DNA from: Spirochaetia bacterium
GTDB taxonomy: Bacteria > Spirochaetota > Spirochaetia > SZUA-6 > Bin103
Direction of reading: 5' to 3'
DNA length: 64,000 nucleotides
Assembly (NCBI GenBank): GCA_965208575.1
Contig: CBDBOV010000003.1
Span: 64,001-128,000 of the forward strand
Made by a program: the position numbers and the translations under genes. This document shows positions 21,221-32,300 of the stretch, one piece after another (position 1 is the stretch's first letter; the number at the start of each line of letters is the position of its first letter). Under the pieces are notes generated by a model. The model made no database searches. It was given only the letters and a program-made list of their open reading frames with translations, and had not been told where the DNA came from.

Positions 21221-22390
21221 ATGTCCTCTAGGCCCTCCAGCCGCGGGGGATCGCTCCTGGGCGGTTCCTCGCGTGGCGTCATCCTGCAGTTGCTGCTGGT
21301 GCTCGGGGTGGCGCTCTTCATCGCGTTCATCGTGGCCAACACCAAGGCCAACCTGGAGCGAGCGGGGCTGTCCGCAGGATATGGCTTTCTGTGGGACACG
21401 TCTGCGTTCGACATCAACCAGCGCCTCATCTCCTACGATTCCACCAACACCTACGGGCGGGCGTTCATCGTCGGCGGCCTGAATACGGTCCTGGTGGCGT
21501 CAATGGGCGTTGTCGCCGCCACCGTCATCGGTTTCCTGGCCGGTATCCTGCGCCTGTCGCGCAACTACCTGGTCAGCCGCATCGTCACCGTGTACGTGGA
21601 GTTCACGCGCAACGTCCCGCTGCTGCTGCAGATCATCTTCTGGTGGGTCATCCTGCTGGCGCTGCCGCGGGTGCGCGACAGCATTCAGTTCGCCGGCGCC
21701 GTGTACCTGAACAACCGGGGCGTGCGCATGCCGGCGCCGGTGTTCGAGCAGGGCTCGGCGGTGTTGCTGATCGCGCTCGTGGCCGGGGTGGCGGCCACCG
21801 TGGTGCTGGCGCGCTGGGCGAGGGCGCGGCAAGATGCCACCGGGCGCAAGTTCCCGGTCGTCTGGACCGGCGTGGGCCTGGTGGTCGGGTTGCCGCTGAT
21901 ACTGTTCTTCGTCACCGGGCGCCCGATCGGGCTGGACATGCCGGAGATGGGCAGGTTCAACCTGCAGGGCGGCTTCAACGTCACCCCGGAGCTGGTGGCG
22001 CTGTGGCTCGCGCTGGCTACCTATACCGGCGCGTTCATCTCCGAAATCGTGCGCGGCGGGATTCTGTCGGTGAACAAGGGGCAGACCGAGGCGGCCGGCG
22101 CGCTCGGGCTTCCGCGCGGCCTGACCCTGCGCAAGGTGATCCTGCCGCAGGCGTTGCGCGCCATCATTCCGCCCCTGACCAGCCAGTTCCTGAACCTGAC
22201 CAAGAATTCCTCGCTGGCGGTGGCAATCGGCTACCAGGACCTGGTTTCGATCGGCGACACCATACTGAACCAGAGCGGCCAGGCGCTGGAGGTGATCTCC
22301 ATCTACATGATCACCTACCTGTCCCTCAGCCTGCTCACGTCGACGTTCATGAACTGGTATAACGGGCGCATCGCGCTGATAGAACGATGA
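21221..22390 (+). CDS. aapQ: Amino acid ABC transporter permease
   Basis: RNVPLLLQI, EIVRGGI...GQTEAA, NLTKNSSLA. Confidence 0.88.
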   Translation: MSSRPSSRGGSLLGGSSRGVILQLLLVLGVALFIAFIVANTKANLERAGLSAGYGFLWDTSAFDINQRLISYDSTNTYGRAFIVGGLNTVLVASMGVVAATVIGFLAGILRLSRNYLVSRIVTVYVEFTRNVPLLLQIIFWWVILLALPRVRDSIQFAGAVYLNNRGVRMPAPVFEQGSAVLLIALVAGVAATVVLARWARARQDATGRKFPVVWTGVGLVVGLPLILFFVTGRPIGLDMPEMGRFNLQGGFNVTPELVALWLALATYTGAFISEIVRGGILSVNKGQTEAAGALGLPRGLTLRKVILPQALRAIIPPLTSQFLNLTKNSSLAVAIGYQDLVSIGDTILNQSGQALEVISIYMITYLSLSLLTSTFMNWYNGRIALIER

Positions 22391-23556
22391 ACGCACCACC
22401 CTCGGCATCGCGGGCCTTCTTTCGCAACCGCGACCAGATGGTCCCCGGCAGGCCCGCGCCGGCAACGCACGTCGGGGTGATCGGCTGGCTGCGCACCAAC
22501 CTGTTCTCCAGTTGGTTCAACACCCTGCTGACCGTGGCCGCGCTGCTGCTGCTGTGGCGCATCGTGCCGCCGCTGCTGGGCTGGACGCTGTTCAACGCCG
22601 ACTTCAGCGGGGTAACCGGCGAGGAGTGCACCGCGGAGGGCGCCTGCTGGGCGTGGGTGGATCAGCGCATCAACCAGTTTCTGTACGGTTTCTACCCCGC
22701 CGATTCATACTGGCGGGTCAACGCCGCGCTGATCCTGCTGATCCCCGCAGTGGCGTACGTGCTGTTCGACAGGATTCCCTACGCTCGCTACGGGCGCTGG
22801 TACTCGCTTGCGTACCCGGTGATCGCGGTGTTCCTGCTGGTTGCCGGGTTACCGGTGTACGACGACCAGGGAGAGATGGTCGGCAGTTTGTTCGGCATCC
22901 GTGGCATTACCACCGACCAGTTCGGCGGCTTCATGCTCAACCTGGTGGCCGGCTTGGCCGGCATCGCGCTGTCGCTGCCGATCGGCATCCTGCTGGCGCT
23001 GGGCCGGCGCGCGCGGCTGCCGGTGGTGCGCTACGCCTCGATCATCTTCATCGAGGTGGTGCGCGGCGTGCCGCTGATCACGCTGCTGTTCGTCGCGATC
23101 ATCATCCTGGAGCTGTTCCTGCCGCCGGGGGTGTCGCTCGACCAACTCGTGCGCGTCATGATCATGATCACCGCGTTCTCCTCCGCGTACATGTCGGAGG
23201 TGATCCGCGGCGGCCTGCAGGCGATTCCCAGCGGCCAGTACGAGGCCGCGCAGGCGATGGGGTTGAGCTACTGGAAGATGATGCGCCTGGTGATCCTGCC
23301 GCAGGCGCTCAAGATCGCCATCCCCGGCATCGTCAACACCTTCATCGGCCTGTTCAAGGACACCACGCTGGTGGTGACCATCGGACTGTTCGACATTCTC
23401 GGCCAGGCGCGGCTGCTGCAGACCAACCCGGAGTGGATCGGCAAGGTCGATCACGAGACCTTCCTGCTCGCCGCGCTGTTCTTTTTCGTGATCTGCTTTT
23501 CGATGTCGCGTTATTCGATCAACCTCGAAAGGCGGCTGGATACCACCCGGCGCTGA
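22387..23556 (+). CDS. aapM: Amino acid ABC transporter permease
   Basis: [36 protein letters not shown]. Confidence 0.88.
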   Translation: MNAPPSASRAFFRNRDQMVPGRPAPATHVGVIGWLRTNLFSSWFNTLLTVAALLLLWRIVPPLLGWTLFNADFSGVTGEECTAEGACWAWVDQRINQFLYGFYPADSYWRVNAALILLIPAVAYVLFDRIPYARYGRWYSLAYPVIAVFLLVAGLPVYDDQGEMVGSLFGIRGITTDQFGGFMLNLVAGLAGIALSLPIGILLALGRRARLPVVRYASIIFIEVVRGVPLITLLFVAIIILELFLPPGVSLDQLVRVMIMITAFSSAYMSEVIRGGLQAIPSGQYEAAQAMGLSYWKMMRLVILPQALKIAIPGIVNTFIGLFKDTTLVVTIGLFDILGQARLLQTNPEWIGKVDHETFLLAALFFFVICFSMSRYSINLERRLDTTRR

Positions 23557-23587
23557 TGACGGCCGGAGCACGCTAAGGGAGCACCGC

Positions 23588-24340
23588 ATGTCAGGAAATA
23601 CCACCACCGCCGAGCCGATCATCCGCATCACCGGCCTCAACAAGTGGTTCGGGACGCTGCACGTGCTGCGCGACATCGACCTGGAGGTGGAGCGGCAGGA
23701 GCGCATCGTGATCTGCGGGCCGTCGGGATCGGGCAAGTCGACGCTGATCCGCTGCATCAATCGGCTCGAAGAGCACCAGCGCGGCTCGATCGTGGTGGAA
23801 GGCACGGAGTTGACCAACGACCTGAAGAACATCGACGTCATTCGCAGCGAGATCGGCATGGTGTTCCAGCAGTTCAACCTGTTCCCGCACCTGACCGTGC
23901 TGGAGAACTGCACCCTGGCGCCGATCTGGGTGCGCAAGATGTCGCGCGCCGACGCCGAGCAGCAGGCGATGGAGTTCCTGGAGCGGGTGAAGATCCCGGA
24001 GCAGGCGCACAAGTATCCGGGCCAGCTCTCCGGCGGCCAGCAACAGCGCGTCGCCATTGCCCGGTCACTGTGCAAGCGGCCCAAGATCATGCTGTTCGAC
24101 GAGCCCACCTCGGCGCTCGACCCGGAGATGATCAAGGAGGTGCTCGACGTGATGATCGACGTCGCCGGGACCGGCATGACCATGTTGGTGGTGACTCACG
24201 AGATGGGCTTCGCGCAGCAGGTCGCCGACCGGGTGATGCTGATGGACCAGGGCCAGATCGTGGAGCAGAACACCCCCGACGAGTTCTTCAACAATCCGCA
24301 ATCCGACCGCACCAAGCTGTTCCTCAGCCAGATCCTGTAG
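23588..24340 (+). CDS. aapP: Amino acid ABC transporter ATP-binding protein
   Basis: [27 protein letters not shown]. Confidence 0.92.
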   Translation: MSGNTTTAEPIIRITGLNKWFGTLHVLRDIDLEVERQERIVICGPSGSGKSTLIRCINRLEEHQRGSIVVEGTELTNDLKNIDVIRSEIGMVFQQFNLFPHLTVLENCTLAPIWVRKMSRADAEQQAMEFLERVKIPEQAHKYPGQLSGGQQQRVAIARSLCKRPKIMLFDEPTSALDPEMIKEVLDVMIDVAGTGMTMLVVTHEMGFAQQVADRVMLMDQGQIVEQNTPDEFFNNPQSDRTKLFLSQIL

Positions 24341-24374
24341 TGCCTGCCGTCGCCCGGTGGGGTGGTAGCCGCTC

Positions 24375-27300
24375 GTGGCGTTGAACTTTCCGAGGGTTGA
24401 GCCGCCCGACCTGCGGGCGCAGTTTGACGCGCTTTCGGAGGAGGAGCGGCTGACCGCGCTGGTCGCCGGGGTGGTGGCACCGGTGCTGTACGAGGCGCGC
24501 GAGTTGGCGCGCATGCTGCGCAACGCGGACGTGCGCGTCGGCAAGCGGCACCTCACGGTGGCAACGGTGGAGCAGGCGTGCGGCGCGCTGTTGCGGCGCG
24601 GCGTGCTGTTCGGGCTGCGCGAAAGGGACCAGGTGGTGGCGGCGCCGGCCTGGGCACCGTGGCTGACCCTGGAGGCACGGCGGGTCGACCTTCTGGAGCG
24701 CCTCTGGGCCGCGTTTCAGGCGGAGCGCACCCCTTACTACTGGCACTACCGGGAGCACGAGCAGCGCGACGCGGCGCGGCTCCGCTACGCCGCCGTAGCC
24801 GGGCGATTCGACTTGGTGCCCGGCGGAATCGAGCCGGAGAACTGGGCGTTCCTGGCGCAGCCGGGGGCACTCGCGCTGCTCGACTCGCTGCCCGAACGGT
24901 ACCGGGAGATGGCGCTGCGCGGCTGCCTGAACGAGGCCGTCAACCTGGCTGCCGATTCCGACCCGGTGATAGCCGCCTGCCGCGAGCACGCCCGCGACCT
25001 GGAACCGTATGCCGCCGACATCGCGCTGGTCCGCGTGCTGCAGGGGCGCTTCGACGAAGTCGAAACCACGTTCGATCAACTGACGGAGGTCGAGCAGGGC
25101 AGCAAGCGGGTCCGCGTCGGCCGCGCCGCGGCGTGCGGCCTGGTGGCGACGCTGCGCGGCGACGACGACGCGGCGTTGCGCGCGATCGAGGAAGCGCTCG
25201 CCATCGAGAAGGAGGGCACGCGGAGGCGGTCCGTGTTTCCCGAGTCGGTGCCGTTCGCGTTGTCGCTGCTGTCGCTGGTGCGGGCCGACACCCCGGCGGC
25301 GCGCAGCCGGCTCACGGCGCTGGTGACCACGGCGCGGCGGCAGCAGGTCGCCGAGCCGATCGTCGCAGCGGTGGCGTATGCCGGGGAGCTGCGCGCCGGT
25401 GGCGCCGCCTTCCGCGAAATCGACGTGGGTTCATCGTGTCTGGACGCGCTGCTGGAAGGGTGGATGTACTGCTGGTCCAAGCTTGGCCCGGGAACTGCGC
25501 CCTACGTGCCTCCCGGCGCGGCGCGCATGCTCGGCTACCATGTCGAACAGCTCGCGGCGTTTGGCTTCGGCTGGGCACTGGCGGAGTTCCTGGCCGTCAT
25601 CGGGAGCGCCGGCGCCGCGCTGGACCCGCGCGGCGGCAAGTCGTTCGGGGCGGCCGGCCGGCAGGCGGCGGCGATGCACGGGCAACTCGGCACGCGTACG
25701 CTCACCACGCTGGTGCCGGCGGCCGTACCGCGGTGGGAGTACGATCTCAAGGCGCTGGAGCAGTTCGCGTACGACACCAGCACCACGCCTCCGCGGCGGG
25801 AGAAAGGAGGGGCACGCGAGGGCCAGCAGCGGCTGGTGTGGGACCTGGTCGACATCGGCGACAACCTCGCGGTGACGCCGCGTGAGCAGCGCGGCTACCG
25901 CAACGGCGCCTGGTCCAAGGGCCGCGCCCGCACGCTGCGCTGGCTGGCCACGGCGGCGGACGTCGCCAAGTTCCCGCACGAACAGGATCGCGCGGCCGCG
26001 GCGGCGGCGGTACGGCACGGCGCAGCCGCGGGCAAGCGGGTGCCGGTGGAGGCACTGCTGTTCGAGCTGGCCGGTCACCCGCATGTACTCGACGAGGGCG
26101 GTGACCCGGTGGAGGTCGTGCGCGCCGACCCGGAATTGCTGATCGAGCAAACCGCCGCCGGGCTGCGCGCGGTGCTGGTCCCCGACTACTGGGAGGATGA
26201 CCGCTTTCACGCCTGGATGGTCGATGCGCGACGTTGCGAGGTGATCCGCCTCACCGATGCGCACCGGCGTTTGCGGACCATCATTCCACGTGACGGCCTG
26301 GACCTGCCGGCCGGTGCCCGCGCGCGGCTGCTGGAGGCGGTGTCGGCGCTGGTGACGGTGGTGCGCATTCACGGCGGCGTGGAGGGCGGCGCCGGCTCGG
26401 CGCGACGGGTGGAGGCCGACGCGGAGCCGCGGGTCCGGCTGGAGCCGTACCGTGGCGGGGTGAGCGCCGAGCTGGTAGTGGAACCGATCGCCGGGTCGGA
26501 AACCCGCTTCATGCCCGGTACCGGCGGTACCCTGGTGTTCGCCCAGCTCGCCGGCGAGGCGGTGCAGGCGCGCCGCGACCCGGCCGCCGAGCGCGCCGCC
26601 GCCGGGCGTCTGCTGGAGGCGTGTCCGCGGCTTGCGGCCGGCGTGCCGGGGTCGTGGGCCGTGGAATTGCCGGAGGCCGCGGACGCGCTGGAGCTGCTGG
26701 AGCAGTTGGACGCCGCCGGCGCGCGCTGCCTGTGGCCGCAGGGCGAGCGGTTCCGGATCGTGGCGCGCGCCGACGCCGGAACGCTACGGCTGCAGGTCAA
26801 GACGGCCGAGGACTGGCTGCAGGCGTCCGGCGAGCTGCGCATCGATCCGCAGCGCGCCGTAGACCTGAAACAGTTGTTTGCCATGCTCGACGCCAGCCCC
26901 GGTTCGCGCTTCCTGGAGCTCGGTGCCGGCGAGTTCGTGGCGCTTACCGAGTCGTTCCGCCGCCAGTTGGAGGACTTGCAGGTCGTGTCGAGTCCGGCGG
27001 CGGGCGGCGCGGTGCGCGTGGCGCCGGTTGCCGCGGTCGCCCTGGAGGAGCTGATCGACCAGGCGCAGCTCGACGCCGACCGGCAATGGCGCGGCCTCCG
27101 GCGGCGGCTGCGCGAGGCGCGGAAGTTCGAGCCGGAGGTGCCGAGCACTTTGCAGGCGGAACTGCGCCCCTACCAGGTGACCGGGTTCGGCTGGCTGGCC
27201 CGCCTCAGCCGCTGGGGCGCGGGCGCCTGCCTGGCGGACGACATGGGCCTCGGCAAGACGGTGCAGGTGCTGGCGCTGCTGCTGGAGCGCGCCGCCGGGG

Positions 27301-28559
27301 GCCCGGCGCTGGTGGTGGCGCCCACCTCGGTGGTAGCCAACTGGCTCGACGAGGCGCGCCGCTTCGCGCCGACCCTGAACGCGGTGCCCTACGTGGGACC
27401 GGACCGGGCCGCCCTGCTCGACGATGACCCCGGTGCGTTCGACCTGGTGGTGACCACCTATACGCTGTTGCACCTGGACGCGGAGCGGCTGGCCTCCGTG
27501 ACGTGGCACAGCGCGGTGCTCGATGAAGCGCAGGCGATCAAGAACCGGAACACCAAGCGCGCCCGCGCCGCCCGCGCGCTACGGGCGGACTTCCGCGCGG
27601 TCACCACCGGCACCCCGATCCAGAACCACGTATCCGATCTGCACTCCCTGTTCAGCTTCATCAACCCCGGCCTGCTGGGGTCCGCGCAGCAGTTCAGCCG
27701 TAACTTCGCGCGCGCCGCGGACGGCAACACGGACGGCGCCGTGCAGGCGCGGACGCGGCTGCGCCGGCTGGTGGCGCCGTTCATCCTGCGCCGGCTGAAG
27801 AGCGAGGTGCTCGACGACCTGCCGCCGCGCACCGAGATCACCCTGCACGTGGAGATGTCGCCGGCGGAGGCGTCGTTCTACGAGGCGCTGCGCCGCCGCG
27901 CCGTGGAGGACCTGGAGGCGCTGGCGGCGGCCGGGCCGCCCGCCGGCGGCGACGGCCGGCTGGAGATCCTGGCCCACCTGACGCGGCTGCGCCGCGCCTG
28001 CTGCAACCCGGCGCTGGTGCGCCCGGAGGGGGCGCCGGCGAGTTCCAAGCTGGCGGTGTTCGGGGACACCCTCGCCGAGCTGCTCGACAACCGCCACAAG
28101 GTGCTGGTGTTCTCGCAGTTCGTGGGCCACCTGAAGCTGATCGAGACCTGGCTGCGCCGGGAGGGGATCGGCTACCAGTACCTGGACGGCAGCACCCCGG
28201 TCGGCGCCCGGAGCGAGCGCATCGCCGCGTTCCAGTCCGGGCAGGGCGACGTGTTCCTGATCTCGCTGACCGCCGGCGGGGTGGGCCTGAACCTGACCGC
28301 CGCCGACTACGTCATCCACATGGACCCGTGGTGGAACCCGGCGGTGGAGGACCAGGCGTCCGACCGCGCCCACCGCATCGGCCAGACCCGCCCGGTCACC
28401 ATCTACCGGCTGGTCACCAAGGGCACCATCGAAGAGCAGATCGTCGATCTGCACCACCACAAGCGCGACCTCGCCGACCGCCTGCTCGAAGCCGGCGACA
28501 CCCCCGCCCGCCTCGACCCCGCCGAACTGCTCGCCCTGCTCCGCCATCCCCCCACCTGA
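24375..28559 (+). CDS. SNF2-family helicase/ATPase with long N-terminal extension
   Basis: LRPYQ, LADDMGLGKT, LDEAQ, TGTPIQN, FILRRLK, VFSQF, GLNLT, WWNPAVEDQASDRAHRIGQ. Confidence 0.93.
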   Translation: MALNFPRVEPPDLRAQFDALSEEERLTALVAGVVAPVLYEARELARMLRNADVRVGKRHLTVATVEQACGALLRRGVLFGLRERDQVVAAPAWAPWLTLEARRVDLLERLWAAFQAERTPYYWHYREHEQRDAARLRYAAVAGRFDLVPGGIEPENWAFLAQPGALALLDSLPERYREMALRGCLNEAVNLAADSDPVIAACREHARDLEPYAADIALVRVLQGRFDEVETTFDQLTEVEQGSKRVRVGRAAACGLVATLRGDDDAALRAIEEALAIEKEGTRRRSVFPESVPFALSLLSLVRADTPAARSRLTALVTTARRQQVAEPIVAAVAYAGELRAGGAAFREIDVGSSCLDALLEGWMYCWSKLGPGTAPYVPPGAARMLGYHVEQLAAFGFGWALAEFLAVIGSAGAALDPRGGKSFGAAGRQAAAMHGQLGTRTLTTLVPAAVPRWEYDLKALEQFAYDTSTTPPRREKGGAREGQQRLVWDLVDIGDNLAVTPREQRGYRNGAWSKGRARTLRWLATAADVAKFPHEQDRAAAAAAVRHGAAAGKRVPVEALLFELAGHPHVLDEGGDPVEVVRADPELLIEQTAAGLRAVLVPDYWEDDRFHAWMVDARRCEVIRLTDAHRRLRTIIPRDGLDLPAGARARLLEAVSALVTVVRIHGGVEGGAGSARRVEADAEPRVRLEPYRGGVSAELVVEPIAGSETRFMPGTGGTLVFAQLAGEAVQARRDPAAERAAAGRLLEACPRLAAGVPGSWAVELPEAADALELLEQLDAAGARCLWPQGERFRIVARADAGTLRLQVKTAEDWLQASGELRIDPQRAVDLKQLFAMLDASPGSRFLELGAGEFVALTESFRRQLEDLQVVSSPAAGGAVRVAPVAAVALEELIDQAQLDADRQWRGLRRRLREARKFEPEVPSTLQAELRPYQVTGFGWLARLSRWGAGACLADDMGLGKTVQVLALLLERAAGGPALVVAPTSVVANWLDEARRFAPTLNAVPYVGPDRAALLDDDPGAFDLVVTTYTLLHLDAERLASVTWHSAVLDEAQAIKNRNTKRARAARALRADFRAVTTGTPIQNHVSDLHSLFSFINPGLLGSAQQFSRNFARAADGNTDGAVQARTRLRRLVAPFILRRLKSEVLDDLPPRTEITLHVEMSPAEASFYEALRRRAVEDLEALAAAGPPAGGDGRLEILAHLTRLRRACCNPALVRPEGAPASSKLAVFGDTLAELLDNRHKVLVFSQFVGHLKLIETWLRREGIGYQYLDGSTPVGARSERIAAFQSGQGDVFLISLTAGGVGLNLTAADYVIHMDPWWNPAVEDQASDRAHRIGQTRPVTIYRLVTKGTIEEQIVDLHHHKRDLADRLLEAGDTPARLDPAELLALLRHPPT

Positions 28560-28641
28560 CCGGACGCGTACGAATTCCCAGAGTCAGGCCGGGTCGGCAT
28601 GGGCGGAGTGTATCGGTACACTGGGCGCGTGGTGGATCGCC

Positions 28642-29262
28642 GTGATCGATGACCGGACGACCGTGCCGGCCGAGCCTGACGACGACGGCGGCAAGCCGAC
28701 CGCGTATGGCGTACCCAAGCTGAGGCGGCAGGTGCTGCAGAAGCTGGCGGATGCCTTTGCCGACGACAACCTGGAGTTGGCCGAGTACGAGCGCCGGGTG
28801 CGGGCCGCCGAGCTGGCCACCACCATCGGCGAGTTGGAGGCCGTGGTCGCCGACTTTCCCGACAGCGCCGGCGGCGGCGACCGGCCAGTTCCGCACGTGA
28901 CGGGCGCGGTCGCGGCTGCCGGCGCCGCGGTTACCGTGATGGGTAACCGGGAGATGGAGATCCACGAGGCGGGCGATGTCCCGAGTTTCGTGATCAACGT
29001 CATGGGCGATACCCGCATCGACCTGAGCGCGGCGCCGCCGGGGGTATACGACCTGCGCATCTGCTGCGTGATGGGCGACGTGCAAGTAGCCGTTCCGCCC
29101 GGCAGCCAGGTAAACCGCTCGCTGTGGTGCCTGATGAGCGACGTGAAAACGCGCCCGTCGAAGGCGAAGCGCCCGCCGGCGGCCCGCTTCAACAGTCACC
29201 AGGTCAATCTCGCCGGCTTCAGCCTGATGAGCGACGTGATCATCCGAGAGGAGCAGAAATGA
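28642..29262 (+). CDS. DUF1707 (SHOCT-like) plus LiaF/DUF2154-like domain protein
   Basis: LADAFADDNLELAEYERRV...LEAVVADFP, then MGD-repeat beta domain. Confidence 0.7.
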   Translation: MIDDRTTVPAEPDDDGGKPTAYGVPKLRRQVLQKLADAFADDNLELAEYERRVRAAELATTIGELEAVVADFPDSAGGGDRPVPHVTGAVAAAGAAVTVMGNREMEIHEAGDVPSFVINVMGDTRIDLSAAPPGVYDLRICCVMGDVQVAVPPGSQVNRSLWCLMSDVKTRPSKAKRPPAARFNSHQVNLAGFSLMSDVIIREEQK

Positions 29263-30857
29263 AACACACCAGGATAACCCTCGATCACCCCTACCTGATC
29301 CTGCCCGTGCGCCGCGGCCCGGTGAGTGGCCGCATGCGGGTAGTCGCCGAAGGTGGCGAGGTGCGCGAGTTCGACATCGAGCTCGGCGACGACGCCGCCA
29401 GCGACTACGACGTATTCAGCGACTTCGGAGCGCACCTGGGCACGACGCTGACGGTGGAGTACGAGGGGGCGGCGTCCCTGGAGGGGGTGCACGTCGCCGC
29501 CGAGCCGCCGGGCGCCGCCGAGCGGTACGGGGAGCCGCTGCGCCCCCAGTTCCACTTCTCGTCGCGGCGCGGCTGGCTGAACGATCCCAACGGGCTGGTC
29601 CACTACGACGGCACCTACCACCTGTTCTACCAGCACAACCCGTACGGCACCGAGTGGGGCAACATGCACTGGGGCCACGCCACCAGCAGCGACATGCTGC
29701 ACTGGCGGGAGGGGCCGGTGGAGCTCTATCCCGACGAGCTCGGCACCATGTTCACCGGTTGCGCGGTGGTCGACCATGCCAACACGTCCGGGCTGGGCAG
29801 CGGTGCGCACCCGCCGATCGTGCTGCTGTATACGGCGGCGGGCAAGACTCCGGAAGACTTCACCCAATGCTTGGCGTTCAGCGCCGACGGCGGCGCCACC
29901 TGGCAGAAGTACGACGGCAACCCCGTGCTGCCGCAGGAAGCGCCGAGCAACCGCGACCCGAAGGTGATCTGGCACGCCCCGACCGGGCGCTGGATCATGG
30001 CGCTGTACCTGCACCGCACCGCGTACGCCCTGTACGCATCGCCGGATCTGATCCACTGGGAGAAGACCTGCGACCTCGACCTGCCGCAGTGCACGGAGGT
30101 GCCGGACTTCTTCCCGCTGGCCGTCGATGACGACCCCGACGACCAGAAGTGGGTGTTCTGGGGCGCCAACACCACCTACCTCACCGGCACCTTCGACGGG
30201 CGCACGTTCACGCCGGAGGGCGGCCCCAAGCGCCTGCAGCCGGCCGGCTTGCACTACGCCGCGCAGACCTTCAGCGACCTCCCGGCCGGTGACGGGCGGC
30301 GCATCATGATGGGCTGGATGCGGCAGCCGCTGCCCGGCATGCCGTTCTCACAGTTCATGAGCGTGCCGCACACCCTGCACCTGCGCCGCCACGGCGGCGA
30401 GGTGGTGCTGACCACCGCCCCGGTCCGTGAGCTGGAAGCGCTGCGCGAGGCGACCTGGCAGGCCGAGGACCGGGCGCTGGCCGACGGCGCCGGCGTGCAG
30501 GCGGAGGTGGCGGGCGAGCTGCTCGACGTGGAGGCGACCATCGAGCTGCGCGGCGCCGACGCCGCCGGCATCGCGGTACGCGGCGTCAACGTGTGGTACG
30601 ACCGGCGTACCGGCGGCCTGTACAACGGCTCATACGGCGCGCAGATCGCCGCCGGCCAGGACAGCGTCGACCTGCGCGTGCTGGTGGACCGAGCATCGGT
30701 GGAGTTATTCGCCGACCAGGGCCGGGTGATGCTGGCCGGCGGCATCGTGCTGGCGCCGGGCGCCGATCAGGTGCGCTTCTTCGCCGCCGGCGGGGACGCC
30801 CGCTTGCGGCAGGCGCGCGTGTCGACGCTGCGCGCGGTGTGGCCGGCGACCGGTTAG
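29259..30857 (+). CDS. Glycoside hydrolase family 32 (levanase/beta-fructosidase)
   Basis: WLNDPNG, HLFYQHNP, WGHATS, RDPKV, EVPDFF, YAAQTF. Confidence 0.93.
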   Translation: MKHTRITLDHPYLILPVRRGPVSGRMRVVAEGGEVREFDIELGDDAASDYDVFSDFGAHLGTTLTVEYEGAASLEGVHVAAEPPGAAERYGEPLRPQFHFSSRRGWLNDPNGLVHYDGTYHLFYQHNPYGTEWGNMHWGHATSSDMLHWREGPVELYPDELGTMFTGCAVVDHANTSGLGSGAHPPIVLLYTAAGKTPEDFTQCLAFSADGGATWQKYDGNPVLPQEAPSNRDPKVIWHAPTGRWIMALYLHRTAYALYASPDLIHWEKTCDLDLPQCTEVPDFFPLAVDDDPDDQKWVFWGANTTYLTGTFDGRTFTPEGGPKRLQPAGLHYAAQTFSDLPAGDGRRIMMGWMRQPLPGMPFSQFMSVPHTLHLRRHGGEVVLTTAPVRELEALREATWQAEDRALADGAGVQAEVAGELLDVEATIELRGADAAGIAVRGVNVWYDRRTGGLYNGSYGAQIAAGQDSVDLRVLVDRASVELFADQGRVMLAGGIVLAPGADQVRFFAAGGDARLRQARVSTLRAVWPATG

Positions 30858-30870
30858 CAAGGCCCCAGGT

Positions 30871-32298
30871 ATGGCTTCCCGACCTCCGAACGTGCTGATC
30901 TTCTTTGCCGACGACCAGCGCTTCGACACCATCCGCGCCCTCGGCAACCCGGACATACACACTCCCAACCTGGACTGGCTGGTGCGCGAGGGCACGGCGT
31001 TCACCCGCGCCCACATCATGGGCGGCACCGTGGCGGCGGTGTGCATGCCGAGCCGCGCCATGCTGATGACCGGGCGCACCCTGTTCCACCTGCAGGACTC
31101 GGGCGAGACTATCCCCGACGAGCACGTCATGCTGCCCGAGCTGCTGCGCGGCGCCGGCTACGACACCTTCGGCACCGGCAAGTGGCACAACGGGCCGGCC
31201 TCCTACGCGCGCTGCTTCTCGCACGGCGACCAGATCTTCTTCGGCGGCATGGACGACCACTGGAACGTGCCGGTGTGCCGCTTCGATCCCACCGGCGCCT
31301 ATCCCGAGCCGCGCCCGCATCCGTTCGACCCCGGCACCGGCACCGTGCAGATGCTGGGCAAGCGCTTCGACGGGGTGGCCAGCGGCACCCACTCGTCGGA
31401 GCTGTTCGCCGACGCCACCATCGAGTTCCTGCATGGACGCGCCGGCTCGGGGGCGCGCGCCCGCGCCGGCGGCGACGGCTGCGCGCCGTTCCTGGCCTAC
31501 CTGTCGTTCATGGCGCCGCACGACCCGCGCACCATGCCGCAGCGGTTCCTGACCATGTACGACCCGGACCGCATCCCGCTGCCGGACGCGTTTCTGCCCG
31601 AGCATCCGTTCGACCTCGGCTGGCGAGGGCGCGACGAGCTGCTGGAGCGTTTCCCGCGCACGCCGGCCGCCATCCGCCGCCACATCGCCGAGTACTACGC
31701 CATGATCAGCCACCTGGACGCCGAGATGGGCCGCGTGATCGACGCGCTGCGCACTACCGGGGAGCTGGACAACACCATCATCGTGTTCGCCGGCGACAAC
31801 GGGCTGGCGCTCGGCCAGCACGGCCTGATGGGCAAGCAGAGCACCTACGACCACAGCGTGCACGTACCGTTGCTGATGGCCGGACCGGGCATCCCGCGCG
31901 GCGAGCGGCGCGAGGCGCTGTGCTACCTGCTCGACATCCATCCCACGCTGTGCGGGATGCTCGGCGTGGCGGCGCCGCCGTCGGTCGAGGGGCGCAGCCT
32001 GCAGCCGGTGCTCGCCGATCCGGGCGTAGCGGTGCGCGACCGGCTGCACTTCGCCTACATGGACCTGCACCGCGCGGTGACCAACGGGCGCCACAAGCTG
32101 ATCGAGTGCGTGGTAGAGGGTGAGCGGCACACCCAGCTCTTCGACCACGCCGCCGACCCGCACGAGCTGCACAATCTCGCCGCCGAGCCCGGGCAGCGCG
32201 ACAATCTGCGCCGCCTGCAGGCCGACCTGCGCGAGCTGCGCGAGTGCTGGGACGACCCGGCGGACAACGTCTGGCAGGTACTGGAGCAAGGGAGTTAG
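30871..32298 (+). CDS. Sulfatase (Cys-type, choline-sulfatase-like)
   Basis: ADDQR, CMPSRAMLMTG, GKWH, PHDP, GDNG...HGLMGKQ. Confidence 0.93.
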   Translation: MASRPPNVLIFFADDQRFDTIRALGNPDIHTPNLDWLVREGTAFTRAHIMGGTVAAVCMPSRAMLMTGRTLFHLQDSGETIPDEHVMLPELLRGAGYDTFGTGKWHNGPASYARCFSHGDQIFFGGMDDHWNVPVCRFDPTGAYPEPRPHPFDPGTGTVQMLGKRFDGVASGTHSSELFADATIEFLHGRAGSGARARAGGDGCAPFLAYLSFMAPHDPRTMPQRFLTMYDPDRIPLPDAFLPEHPFDLGWRGRDELLERFPRTPAAIRRHIAEYYAMISHLDAEMGRVIDALRTTGELDNTIIVFAGDNGLALGQHGLMGKQSTYDHSVHVPLLMAGPGIPRGERREALCYLLDIHPTLCGMLGVAAPPSVEGRSLQPVLADPGVAVRDRLHFAYMDLHRAVTNGRHKLIECVVEGERHTQLFDHAADPHELHNLAAEPGQRDNLRRLQADLRELRECWDDPADNVWQVLEQGS

Positions 32299-32300
32299 CA

